From Candidatus Binatia bacterium (GTDB lineage: Bacteria > Desulfobacterota > Binatia > UBA9968 > JAJDTQ01): DNA of 64,000 bases. Both the position numbers and the translations under genes were made by a program. Below the pieces are notes generated by a model that worked only from the letters and a program-made list of their open reading frames with translations, was not told the DNA's origin and searched no databases. Location: the NCBI GenBank assembly GCA_963666515.2, contig OY762897.2:576001-640000 (forward strand), written 5' to 3'. This document shows, one piece after another, positions 40,530-49,703 of the stretch. The stretch's first letter is position 1. Every line of letters starts with the position of its first letter.

Positions 40530-42125
40530 ATGACCAACGTCGAAACCATCGTCCGCATGTTGGAGCAGGCCGGAGTCCGCTGGGTCTTCGGCATCCCCAG
40601 CGGTCCGGTGCTGCCGCTCATCGAGGCCCTGGGCCGGAGTCCGGTAGAGTTCGTCCTCACCGCCAGCGAAACATCGGCGGGCTTCATGGCCACCACGGTG
40701 GGCCAGCTCACGGGCGTGCCCGGCGCCTGCGCTGCCACCGTCGGCCCCGGCGCCACCAACCTCACCACCGGAGTGGGTTGCGCCTGGCTCGACTGCGCGC
40801 CGGTGCTGGCCTTCACCTGCAACGTGTCCAGCCCCTGGCTCGGACGCAGGATCCAGATGCGCATCGACCACAACGCGCTCTTCCAGCCCCTCACGAAGGC
40901 CACCTGGGCCCTGGGCGCAGACGGGGTGGCGGACAGGGTGGCGGAAGCCTTGGCCCTGGCTACCGCGGAACCGCCCGGCCCGGTGCATCTCGACCTGCCG
41001 GAGGACGTGGGGCTGGCGGCGTCGACGGGCGCGGCGCCCCCGGATGCGTCCGCAGCGGAGTTGGTGGACGTGGCGGACGAGGCCCGGGGAGCCCTCGCCG
41101 ACGCGTTGTCCCGCAGCCGCCGACCGTTGGTCGTCACCGGTCTGACCTTCACTCGATGCGCGGCCGCGGAATCGCTGTTGCGCTTCATCGAGAAGCACCG
41201 CCTGCCGTTCGTGTCGACCCTGCACGCCAAGGGCTGCCTGCCGGAGAGCCACCCCAACTGGGCCGGGGTCATCGGCCGCGCCCGCCGGACCGACGTGCAG
41301 CGGATGCTCGACCGGGCCGACCTGATCATCGCCGTCGGTTACGACCCCATCGAGATCAACTACGAGGAGTGGGTGGGGGACATGCCGGTGTTTCACCTCG
41401 ACACGACCCCCGCGGAGGTAAGCCCGAGCGTCCGCTTCGTCTTCAACCGCGGCGGCGGCCTCGACCAAGCGCTGCGGCGGTGCGTAGACCTGCCTCCGGC
41501 GGCCAACGACTGGACGCCCGAGGAGTTGGAAGCCCACCGTGGTCTGCTGGACCGGGAACTACGGCCGGAAGGAAGCGGGTTCGCGGCGCATCATGTGCTC
41601 GACGTCCTGCGCGCGGCCCTGCCGGCGGACGGCGTCCTGGCCTACGACGTGGGCGCCCACACCCACCAGATCGCCACCCAGTGGCGCACCGACCTGCCCC
41701 GTACGCTGCTGGCCACCAACGGCTGGTCGTCCATGGGTTTCGGCATGCCCGCCGCCTACGCCGCCAAGATGGTCCACCCCGACCGTGCGGTGGTGGGGGT
41801 GGTGGGCGACGGCTGTTTCCAGATGACCGCCGGAGAGCTGGCCCTGGCCCGCCGGCGCAACCTCGCGGTCCCCATCATCGTCCTCAACGACGGCTGGCTG
41901 GGCCTCATGAAGGTGAAGCAGGAGCGCAGGGAGTTTCCGCTCTCGGGAGTGGAGTTGGGCGCGCGAGTGAACCCGCCGCCGCACTACTTCGGCGTACCCT
42001 GCAGGAGCGCCACAAGCATCGAGGAGGTCGATGCCGCCATCCGCTGGGGCCTCAACCGCTCCGGCCCCAGCGTCATCGAGGCCTTCATCGACGTGGAGCC
42101 CTACTCCGTCACGGTCTTCGACTGA
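40530..42125 (+). CDS. Thiamine diphosphate-dependent enzyme (acetolactate synthase large subunit-like)
   Basis: VFGIP, catalytic E in ASETSAGFMA, GPGATN, PGPVHLDLP, SMGFGMPAA and GDG-x-ND ThDP motif. Confidence 0.9.
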   Translation: MTNVETIVRMLEQAGVRWVFGIPSGPVLPLIEALGRSPVEFVLTASETSAGFMATTVGQLTGVPGACAATVGPGATNLTTGVGCAWLDCAPVLAFTCNVSSPWLGRRIQMRIDHNALFQPLTKATWALGADGVADRVAEALALATAEPPGPVHLDLPEDVGLAASTGAAPPDASAAELVDVADEARGALADALSRSRRPLVVTGLTFTRCAAAESLLRFIEKHRLPFVSTLHAKGCLPESHPNWAGVIGRARRTDVQRMLDRADLIIAVGYDPIEINYEEWVGDMPVFHLDTTPAEVSPSVRFVFNRGGGLDQALRRCVDLPPAANDWTPEELEAHRGLLDRELRPEGSGFAAHHVLDVLRAALPADGVLAYDVGAHTHQIATQWRTDLPRTLLATNGWSSMGFGMPAAYAAKMVHPDRAVVGVVGDGCFQMTAGELALARRRNLAVPIIVLNDGWLGLMKVKQERREFPLSGVELGARVNPPPHYFGVPCRSATSIEEVDAAIRWGLNRSGPSVIEAFIDVEPYSVTVFD

Positions 42126-42272
42126 GTATCGCTGCTGTCGATTACAGAGCGGGTCGGCCCAGTTGGGATATCGCGGTTACCGATCCGCGACAACAATCGA
42201 GTGGAGTGGTTCGGGAACCTATGTTAATAAACAGGAGTTATCTGTGTCGGCCGCGGTAACCGGAGACTCAGA

Positions 42273-43211
42273 ATGGCCACCTTCGCACCCGCCACGCCCG
42301 CAGCTATCGTCCACCACGGTGACGCCTATGACGTGCTGCCGGGACTCGATCGCGGGAGTGTCGATCTTCTGATCACGAGCCCACCATACTGGGGCCATCG
42401 GACATACGAGCAAGACCACAACTGGAACGTCTTTCAGGATTGGCTGGAGACCGGTGCGGACAAGAGTACCATTCCCGGCTATGAATGGTACCGCCGCAAC
42501 GGCGGTGTGCTCGGACTCGAGCCCTTGCCAGACTGGTATGTGTACCATCTCGTGGAGATGTTCGAGCGGTCCCGCCCGTCGCTCAAGCCGTCCGGAAGCG
42601 TTTGGGTAAACGTCGGCGACACCTACTTTGCGCGCTGGTCCAGCATTCGACAGAATGGACGTCAGGGATTGGGTGACGTGTCCCGACAGCGGCGGCGGAC
42701 TCCGATGGGCGGCTACCGGCAGGAAAAGCAATTGTTGCTTGTGCCCGCCCGTTTCGCGATCGCCATGCAGGAAAAGCGGTGGATTCTTCGCAACGATGTG
42801 ATTTGGTACAAGCCAAACGTCCCGCCGCGTCCCGAAACGGACCGCCTGCGTCTCAGCCATGAACATTTTTTTCACTTCGTCGTGCGGCCCACCAACGGCC
42901 GAGCCAAGTACTACTACGACATATCCGAGACCGAGACGGGCTCGAACGACGTCATCACACACTTCGTTCGCCCGGGAGAGAACGGGCACACCGCAACTTT
43001 TCCCGAGTCCTTGATCCGGCCGCGCATCCGCAGCAGTTGTCCTCCCGGAGGGACTATCCTCGATCCGTTCTGCGGTACGGGCCGCGCATTGGTCGCGGCT
43101 GTCGCCTCGGGACGCAGAGCGATTGGGATCGACGTTTCTGCAGACTATGCACAGGCGGCACTTGACGCTACCGAGACGTGTCAACTGACGTTGATGGACT
43201 CGGACCGATGA
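42273..43211 (+). CDS. Site-specific DNA methyltransferase, beta class, probably N4-cytosine (M.NotI-like)
   Basis: Catalytic TSPPY near the N-terminus, VNVGDTY, IWYKPN, HTATFP and SAM motif LDPFCGTG near the C-terminus. Confidence 0.92.
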   Translation: MATFAPATPAAIVHHGDAYDVLPGLDRGSVDLLITSPPYWGHRTYEQDHNWNVFQDWLETGADKSTIPGYEWYRRNGGVLGLEPLPDWYVYHLVEMFERSRPSLKPSGSVWVNVGDTYFARWSSIRQNGRQGLGDVSRQRRRTPMGGYRQEKQLLLVPARFAIAMQEKRWILRNDVIWYKPNVPPRPETDRLRLSHEHFFHFVVRPTNGRAKYYYDISETETGSNDVITHFVRPGENGHTATFPESLIRPRIRSSCPPGGTILDPFCGTGRALVAAVASGRRAIGIDVSADYAQAALDATETCQLTLMDSDR

Positions 43212-44320
43212 CGAGGAATCGTGACAGTGGAAACTTCGTCAGCGAGTGGTTCGGCTACCGCACATTTCCGCAGGTCCATGGAAGCAAAGATGCACTTCGC
43301 ACACAGACGGCCGGTCAGTGTCCGTTCTTGACAGCAGCGACACGAGAGGAGCGAGAATGCGTCAAGAACGCTTCTTCCTACGGCGTCTGCACGATAAACA
43401 ACGCCAGCAACGGTAGCAGACAGGATTGGCTCGTCTGCCCTTATCGGGCGCTCGATTCCGACCTGATAGAAGACGTCGTGCGCCGACTCTTTCGCGCCGC
43501 GCCCAATCAGCCGCTGCTGGTTGTGCCGGCGCCTGCCCTTGAAAATCCCGCCATGCGGACGGCAGTCACCGGGCAGGCCGAAGACGGTGCCCTGAGTGTC
43601 GTCTACTTGCAGAACAAGCTCGGCGGCGAGATCTCCGTAAGTGCGACAAGCCGATCTCCCGAACTGTCGTTTGACATGACGCTCGTCGAACTCGTGGCTG
43701 GTGAGAGCGGTTCTGTACGTATAGGACGTTTCGGCGTATTGGAATTGCAGACTATGGACTTTCACGGATCGTATCGCCGATCAGTGCAGAACCTCAAGGA
43801 CGCGCTACGCCTGCACGGTGCGGATTTCGCGGATGTTCTCCAGAACAACCAGCGGTGGCTGTCAGACCGGATCGAGGGGCCTAACATCGCGAACGTGTTC
43901 AAGCGTACATTCTACCAGATGATGCTCAAGTTTCAGGTGGGGGTACATCCGAGGTCAGTCGGTACTGCGCTTGCGATTCCACAGGCTGTCTGGGACAGTT
44001 GGCAGCCCCATCTCGGCGGGCCGCATCTTGCTGAGCAAGCTGACGGCACCTACACGCTGCAAGCCGCGGAGGCGCGACATAGCAATGTTCGTGCATGGAT
44101 CTACGTGTTCGACATCGACGAGAAGCGTGATGTGCATCCGAGCCCGATCGTAGTGCGGCAAGCCATTGAGACGAACGCCGCATCGATTGCGTATCACGCG
44201 CTGGAAGAAGTGCCAGAGCACGCCTTCTCGGAAGGCGACTCCGCCCGTACCATTCTAGCCGCGATCCACCGTAGGGTGTCGGCATGGTGGCCGGAACTGA
44301 ACGACGACGGGGCGATTTGA
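43208..44320 (+). CDS. NotI-family Type II restriction endonuclease
   Basis: EWFGYR..CPFL..CVK..GVC..WLVCP.R Cys4 domain, KLGGEIS, SPELSFD, LELQTMDFHGSY and EGPN..NVFKRTFYQM, all matching NotI as recalled. ATGA overlap with the MTase stop. Confidence 0.9.
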   Translation: MTRNRDSGNFVSEWFGYRTFPQVHGSKDALRTQTAGQCPFLTAATREERECVKNASSYGVCTINNASNGSRQDWLVCPYRALDSDLIEDVVRRLFRAAPNQPLLVVPAPALENPAMRTAVTGQAEDGALSVVYLQNKLGGEISVSATSRSPELSFDMTLVELVAGESGSVRIGRFGVLELQTMDFHGSYRRSVQNLKDALRLHGADFADVLQNNQRWLSDRIEGPNIANVFKRTFYQMMLKFQVGVHPRSVGTALAIPQAVWDSWQPHLGGPHLAEQADGTYTLQAAEARHSNVRAWIYVFDIDEKRDVHPSPIVVRQAIETNAASIAYHALEEVPEHAFSEGDSARTILAAIHRRVSAWWPELNDDGAI

Positions 44321-44403
44321 TTCGACGTCGATACACGATCCCAATGCATTCGTCGGTGGGCGTGATGGCGCGTCGCCAGGAATTGCTGTAGGGTAGGGCG
44401 CGT

Positions 44404-45597
44404 ATGGCCGCCGAAACCCCCATCCGAAGGAACGTCTTCGTCCTGGCCACGTGTCAGATGCTGTTCGGGTCTTCGCGGACGCTTCTCATCGCCACCACGC
44501 CGGTCATCGCCCTGGGCATGGGCTACAAGGCGCTGGCCACCATGCCGGCGGCGCTGGTGATCGTCGGCACCGCCATCGCCACCATGCCGGCCTCGATGTT
44601 CATGCGCTTCACCGGACGGCGGCTCGGTTTCATGATCGGCGCCGGTATCGGCGCCCTCTCCGGCGCCATGGTCCTCTTCGCCATCGTCCGGGCTGACTTC
44701 TGGCTGTTGTGCCTTGCCGCCATCACCTACGGCGTCTTCGCCGCCTTCGGGCAGTACTTCCGCTTTGCCGCGGCCGATACCGCGCCCCAGGAGTTCAAGA
44801 GCACCGCCATCTCCCTGGTGCTGACCGGCGGCGTGGTGGCGGCCTTCGTCGGCCCCTACCTCGCCGCGACCGGAGAGGACCTCCTGGCGACGGGCGCGTT
44901 CATGGGTTCGTATGTCTTCCTCATCGGGCTCATGGTGCTCATCGCGCTGGTGCTGAGCTTCCTCGATATTCCCAATCTCACCCCGAGCGAGCGCGCCGCT
45001 GCCCAGCGTTCCCTGCCCCGGATCATGGCGCAGCCGGTGTTCATCGCCGCCACCCTGGCGGCGACCATGGGGCAGGGGGTGATGAACCTGTTGATGACGG
45101 CGATCCCCATCGCCATGGTCGAGGCCGATTTCCAGTTCGCCGACACCGCCTTCGTCATAAGCTGGCACAGCTTCGGCATGTTCGCGCCGGGGTTCATTAC
45201 CGGGTCCCTGATCAAGCGCTTCGGCGAGGTGCGCATCATCATGACCGGCGTGGTGTTGCAGCTCCTGTGCATCGGGGTGGCGCTGTCGGGTGAGGGCGTG
45301 ATGGAGTTCTGGTTTTCCATGCTGCTCCTCGGGGTGGGCTGGAATTTCGCCTTCACCGGCGGCACTTCGCTCCTGACGACGGCCCACAACCCGGCCGAGC
45401 GGGCCAAGACCCAGGGCGCCATGAGCTTCATCAACTACGCCTTCGTCGCGGTGGTGTCGCTGTCCTCAGGCGCGCTGCTGCACTACTTCGGGTGGGAATG
45501 GGTGAACCTGAGCAGCATCCCGCTGCTCGCCATCGCGGTGGTGGCGACCGTGTGGTTCACGCTCTCCAGGCCGCCGGCCGCGCCTGCGCCGGCCTGA
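44404..45597 (+). CDS. MFS transporter
   Basis: About 12 TM helices; motif A-like MRFTGRR, YFRFAAAD and GVGWNF.F.GG. Confidence 0.9.
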   Translation: MAAETPIRRNVFVLATCQMLFGSSRTLLIATTPVIALGMGYKALATMPAALVIVGTAIATMPASMFMRFTGRRLGFMIGAGIGALSGAMVLFAIVRADFWLLCLAAITYGVFAAFGQYFRFAAADTAPQEFKSTAISLVLTGGVVAAFVGPYLAATGEDLLATGAFMGSYVFLIGLMVLIALVLSFLDIPNLTPSERAAAQRSLPRIMAQPVFIAATLAATMGQGVMNLLMTAIPIAMVEADFQFADTAFVISWHSFGMFAPGFITGSLIKRFGEVRIIMTGVVLQLLCIGVALSGEGVMEFWFSMLLLGVGWNFAFTGGTSLLTTAHNPAERAKTQGAMSFINYAFVAVVSLSSGALLHYFGWEWVNLSSIPLLAIAVVATVWFTLSRPPAAPAPA

Positions 45598-45617
45598 TTG
45601 CAACCTGCCGGGCTTAC

Positions 45618-45644
45618 GCATCCGGCAGGCCGCCGGCCGGATGC
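45618..45644. terminator. Hairpin between convergent MFS and ridA (GCATCCGGC...GCCGGATGC)
   Basis: 9-bp inverted repeat in a short convergent intergenic gap. Confidence 0.45.
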
Positions 45645-45646
45645 TG

Positions 45647-46027
45647 CTACAGCACCGCCACCACCTCGATCTGGAACAGCATGTTGCCGCGCACGGGAGA
45701 CTTGATGGCGTGGCGCGCCGGCCGGTCATGTTCGTCGGGGAACATCTCGAGCCACGGCTTGTTGATGGCGTCCCGGTACTCTTCTTCCTTCAGGTAGACC
45801 GTCATTCGCACGATGTCGTCGGGGCTGCCGCCGGCCAGTTCCATGAACTTGCGGATGTTCTCGAACAGCACCTCGGCCTGTCTGTCGGGGTCCGTTGGCA
45901 GTTCCCCGGTAGCGGCGTCCCGTCCCGAGATGCCGGAGGAATAGACGATGTTACCGATCTTCGCTCCCATGGGGATCGGCGCGTTGTGGGGCACACCCGG
46001 CAACTCGATGCTCACTCGTTTGGACAT
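45647..46027 (-). CDS. RidA/YjgF family protein
   Basis: C-terminal 126 aa of the listed ORF (MSKRVSIEL): SSGISG.D, N..W..MFP...RPAR and QIEVVA. Confidence 0.88.
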   Translation of the reverse strand: MSKRVSIELPGVPHNAPIPMGAKIGNIVYSSGISGRDAATGELPTDPDRQAEVLFENIRKFMELAGGSPDDIVRMTVYLKEEEYRDAINKPWLEMFPDEHDRPARHAIKSPVRGNMLFQIEVVAVL

Positions 46028-46080
46028 GGACTGGATCCTCCGTGTTGTGAGTGTGGCGCGCCACACCGGCAAGCCGCCCC

Positions 46081-47343
46081 TCAACCGGCGGCGGGCTCCA
46101 GGGTCTTCGCGCCTCTCGCGGTGATCACGAACAGGACGGCGGCGACGGCCATCACCACCAGCGTGCTGAGCCCCAGCGACCAGTTGATGCCGATATACGC
46201 GCCGGCAAAGCCCACGGTCAACCCGCTGAAGCTCCGCAGCCCCTGGGCGGCCATGTTGTATAGACCGATCAGTCGGCCGCGCAGGTTCGCCGGCGCTTCG
46301 AGCTGCACCAGCGTCTGCGCCATGGAGAGGAAGGCGAGATTCAGGATGCCGGCGGTGAACAGGAACAGCAGGGCCAGCACGTAGTGGGACGCGGTGGCAA
46401 AGGCGATCATCGCCACACACCACAGGATGGCCAGCACCACCGCGGTGGAGGCGCGCGCCGTCAGCAGCCCGCGCACTTCCAGCAACAGGCCGCCGGTCAC
46501 GGCGCCCGCGCCATTGGCGGCGAACAGCGCGGCGTAACCCACGCTCAGGTCGTCCGCGCCGAGCGACAGGGCGAACGCGGGCATCAGGGCCTGGAACGCG
46601 TTGCCCACGAAGAAGGCGTAGAAACCCACGAGCAGGATCATGGACAGCAGGACCCGGTTGTGCGAGGCGCCCCACAGCGCCGAAAGCGCATCCGCCCAGG
46701 TCCCTTTCGAGCTCTGCCTCCCGGAACCGTGGCCGGTGTAGGGTACCCGCCGGCACCAGATCACCAGCGGCAGGTAGATGAAGGCGTTGACGACCAGCGC
46801 CAACGTCGGTTTCAGCAACAACAGGGCGCCGCCTCCCACCGCGGGGCCGAAGAGGATTCCCAACTGCCGCCCGGTGGCCAGCAGCCGGATGCCGCTCTGC
46901 AGCGTCTCGGGTCCCACCACGTCGTAGATCATGAGCTGGCGCGACGGGTTCCACAGGGCGCCCGCCAAGCCGTGGAGCATCAGCAGGACCACCGAGTGCC
47001 ACATCTCCAGGCGGCCCGTGTAGAACAGCAAGGCCCAGGCGAGGCTCACGGAAATGAACAGCACCTGGGCCCACTCCATCACCCGGCGGCAGTCGAAGCG
47101 GTCCGCCAGCGCGCCGAAGTACCATGACAACGTCAGGGCGGGCAGCCAGTGGCTGATGACCGCGAAGCCCTGCAGGGTCTCGGAGCGGAACGTCTGGTAG
47201 ACGATCCCGTAGCTGATGACGTGCTCGATGTTGTCGGCCATCATCGACAGCATGTTGCCGACGAAAAACAACGCAAAGTCCCGGTTCCGGAGCGCGGCGA
47301 ACGCGGGCGGGGCCTGGGCGGGGGAGGGTGCGGGTTCGCTCAT
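46081..47343 (-). CDS. MFS transporter (MFS_3-like)
   Basis: FAALRNRDF, GALADRFDCRR, GPAVGG and P..LRGR. Confidence 0.88.
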   Translation of the reverse strand: MSEPAPSPAQAPPAFAALRNRDFALFFVGNMLSMMADNIEHVISYGIVYQTFRSETLQGFAVISHWLPALTLSWYFGALADRFDCRRVMEWAQVLFISVSLAWALLFYTGRLEMWHSVVLLMLHGLAGALWNPSRQLMIYDVVGPETLQSGIRLLATGRQLGILFGPAVGGGALLLLKPTLALVVNAFIYLPLVIWCRRVPYTGHGSGRQSSKGTWADALSALWGASHNRVLLSMILLVGFYAFFVGNAFQALMPAFALSLGADDLSVGYAALFAANGAGAVTGGLLLEVRGLLTARASTAVVLAILWCVAMIAFATASHYVLALLFLFTAGILNLAFLSMAQTLVQLEAPANLRGRLIGLYNMAAQGLRSFSGLTVGFAGAYIGINWSLGLSTLVVMAVAAVLFVITARGAKTLEPAAG

Positions 47344-47423
47344 GGAGTGCAGAAGTCGTCGGACGGGGGTGCGGTACGGTCTCACTTTAGACGAGTTGTC
47401 GCGGGTTTGCCAAACGGAGCCGG

Positions 47424-47458
47424 AAAAACGAAGGGCAGCCGTGAAGGCTGCCCTCGTT
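47424..47458 (-). terminator. Rho-independent terminator after spy-like gene
   Basis: AGGGCAGCC/GGCTGCCCT stem, followed by a T-run on the minus strand. Confidence 0.75.
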
Positions 47459-47480
47459 CATGGTTGATGGAAAGGTGCGG

Positions 47481-48038
47481 CTACCGGCGCCCGCGGCCCT
47501 TGCGGCCCTGCAGCATGCGTTTCAACATGCCGTCTGCCTTGGCAATCTGTTCGGGCGTCAGCACCTCCCGCACCGCCACCACGGCGTCGGTGCGTGCCCG
47601 CAGCAGGTCGCCCCGGATCCTGGCGATCTCGTCGACCTTGGCGCCGATCTTGGCCTTGTCCACGGTCTCCTGCGATACCATTTCCCGGAGCTCGATGCCG
47701 GCGACCCGGGCGTCGGCGCGCAGACCGATCCTCTTCTTTCGCGCGTCCGTGAGCGCGCTCTTGATCTTCTTCACCTGCTCGTCAGTCAGCTCCAGCTTCT
47801 CGGTCATGCGCTTGACGGCGTTCCCGTGGCCGCGGCGTCCGCGCCGGCCCTCTTGGCCCCGCCGGCCTTCGCGTCCGCGCCAGTGCCGTCTCCCTCGCTC
47901 TTCACCCCTTTCGGCGCGGGCGATGCGGTCTCCGTCGCCCCGCCTGCCTTCGCCCTGCTGGCTCCAGGCGACGCCCCCGGAGAGCCCCACCAGAAGCAGC
48001 GGTACCATCATCAATGCCGTGCGCTTGTGATTCCTCAT
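47481..48038 (-). CDS. Spy/CpxP family periplasmic chaperone
   Basis: Signal peptide and two LTxxQ motifs (LELTDEQ, VLTPEQ). Confidence 0.85.
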   Translation of the reverse strand: MRNHKRTALMMVPLLLVGLSGGVAWSQQGEGRRGDGDRIARAERGEERGRRHWRGREGRRGQEGRRGRRGHGNAVKRMTEKLELTDEQVKKIKSALTDARKKRIGLRADARVAGIELREMVSQETVDKAKIGAKVDEIARIRGDLLRARTDAVVAVREVLTPEQIAKADGMLKRMLQGRKGRGRR

Positions 48039-48098
48039 CTTCGGTTCTCCCTTTCTCGTTGGCTTGTGAGTGGTTCGATCCGGATCGTGTTGTCAACG

Positions 48099-48118
48099 AT
48101 TAGACGCGGCGTGGTTCC
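48099..48118 (-). promoter_or_regulatory. GGAACC-N6-CGTCTAAT motif, copy upstream of spy
   Basis: All 14 fixed bases and the spacing are identical to the copy at 49704-49723. Confidence 0.6.
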
Positions 48119-48128
48119 CGTGGCGCCG

Positions 48129-48581
48129 TCAATTGCCGTCGCGTAGCGATTCGAGCCGGGAGATCGTACGCTCGCGTTTCTTCCTTCGCCACTCGCGGAA
48201 GTTGTCGGTACGCCGTTCCAGCTTGCGCGCCTGCGCCTCGTCGAGGGCCGGCCTGATCTTGCCGTGGAAGTCGAGGATGATCCGGTCGGTTTCCTCGAGG
48301 GAACGGATCCGCGCCCGGTACAGGTCCCGGCGGGTCTGGCTCAGCAGCGGGCCGATCTCGGCCATCTGTCGATCGGAGAGGTCGAGTTCTTTTTGCAGCA
48401 TGCGGATGTACCGGCCGCTCGATCCGTGCTTCGGACCGCGGCGGTGCTCCTTGCCGTCCCTGAAGTCATGCCATGACCGGCCCCACAGGTGCTTGACGGG
48501 GTAGACCTGCCCGACCAGGAGGCCCCCCATCAGGCCCAGGAGGAACACCCCCACCACTGCGATAAAGGCTTTGCGTTTCAT
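48129..48581 (-). CDS. Membrane-anchored periplasmic helical protein (LTXXQ / heavy-metal sensor-like)
   Basis: N-terminal TM (VFLLG..GG), ELDLSDRQ and L.EAQ repeats. ATGA-coupled to the anti-sigma gene. Confidence 0.7.
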   Translation of the reverse strand: MKRKAFIAVVGVFLLGLMGGLLVGQVYPVKHLWGRSWHDFRDGKEHRRGPKHGSSGRYIRMLQKELDLSDRQMAEIGPLLSQTRRDLYRARIRSLEETDRIILDFHGKIRPALDEAQARKLERRTDNFREWRRKKRERTISRLESLRDGN

Positions 48582-49036
48582 GGAACTCGAGCTCCTACCC
48601 ATGCGATCAGCACCGCGTCGGGTTCGTCCGCGGACAAGGTTTCCTGTCCGGATCCGTTCTCCAGCATGGCGGCGGTTGCGGGCACCTGCTCCCGGGTCTC
48701 CGGCAGCATGTCGCGCCACAGGCCCACGCCGCCCAGAAGCAACACCACCAGCGCAAACGCGGGAGCCAACCGGCGGCTGAAGAGCAGCACGGCATCGCTT
48801 AGGGATGCGCGCCGGCTCTCTTCCTCACGGATTCTGGCCATGACCCCGGGCCACGCGGGCCGCCCGGCGGACGGCTCCGGCGCAGCGGCGAAGAAGCGCA
48901 GCCAACGCCGCTCCTCTTCGAGGACTCCGCGGCAGGCCGCGCACGACTCGGCATGTCCCCTGTGCGCGTCCGGGATCTTCTCCATCTGTCCCGCGCCGGC
49001 TGTTTCCAGCCACTGCCTGAAATCATCACAGGTCAC
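48578..49036 (-). CDS. Zinc-binding anti-sigma factor (ZAS/zf-HC2)
   Basis: N-terminal C..HAESCAAC (HxxxCxxC) and one TM helix, directly downstream of the ECF sigma gene. Confidence 0.82.
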   Translation of the reverse strand: MTCDDFRQWLETAGAGQMEKIPDAHRGHAESCAACRGVLEEERRWLRFFAAAPEPSAGRPAWPGVMARIREEESRRASLSDAVLLFSRRLAPAFALVVLLLGGVGLWRDMLPETREQVPATAAMLENGSGQETLSADEPDAVLIAWVGARVP

Positions 49037-49039
49037 GAG

Positions 49040-49663
49040 TCACCTCCGAGCCAATTCCGAAACATGAGGGGCGAGCATTTGCCGCAGGCGTTCACGGGCG
49101 CGGGCGTGCCGCGATTTGACCGTGCCCACCGAACATTTCAGGATCGCGGCGACTTCCTGGTAGGAGTTTCCCTCCATGTCCTTCAAGGTAACGACGACAC
49201 GCAAGCGGTCGGGCAACGAGGCCACGGTCCGGGCCACCAGGCGGCTGGCGGCGCTGTCCGCGGGCTCGCCGTCTTCACCGTCCCGGGGCTCGTCCGTGGT
49301 AAGAAGGTCGCGAAGGCCCTGTACGGCATCCTCCCCGGGCTCCGCGTCGAGATATACCTTGCCCGACTGTTTCTTGAGCTCGTCCCTGGCGCGATTGATG
49401 GCGATGCGCGTGATCCACGTGCCGAAGGTCGCGTCTTCCCGGAACTTGCTCAGCGAGAAGAACGCCTTGACGAAGACCTCCTGGACCACGTCGTCCACGT
49501 CACCGTGATCCGGCCCGAGGAGCCTGCCGACGAGCCGGTGGAGGCGCGCCTGGTAGCGCTCCACCAGGAGCCGGTAGGCGTCCGAATCGCCGTCCCGGAC
49601 CCGTCGCACCGCGTCCCTCTCCGCATCTTCCAGCGTGAGCGGATACGGCAGAGCTTCCGTCAT
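49040..49663 (-). CDS. ECF RNA polymerase sigma factor (RpoE/SigW-like)
   Basis: Region 2 (DDVVQEVFVKA, F.TWITRIAIN) and region 4 (SYQEVAAIL..SVGTVKSR). Confidence 0.93.
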   Translation of the reverse strand: MTEALPYPLTLEDAERDAVRRVRDGDSDAYRLLVERYQARLHRLVGRLLGPDHGDVDDVVQEVFVKAFFSLSKFREDATFGTWITRIAINRARDELKKQSGKVYLDAEPGEDAVQGLRDLLTTDEPRDGEDGEPADSAASRLVARTVASLPDRLRVVVTLKDMEGNSYQEVAAILKCSVGTVKSRHARARERLRQMLAPHVSELARR

Positions 49664-49703
49664 CCTCAATCGCTTCCCCCGCTCGAACGGACTGCTTCTC
49701 TGA

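Noticed and set aside
42117-44334. Possible target-site duplication or terminal repeats around the R-M pair (TTCGAC direct; GTATCG/CGATAC inverted)
   Set aside because: The matches are only 6 bp, which is expected by chance, and no transposase is present.
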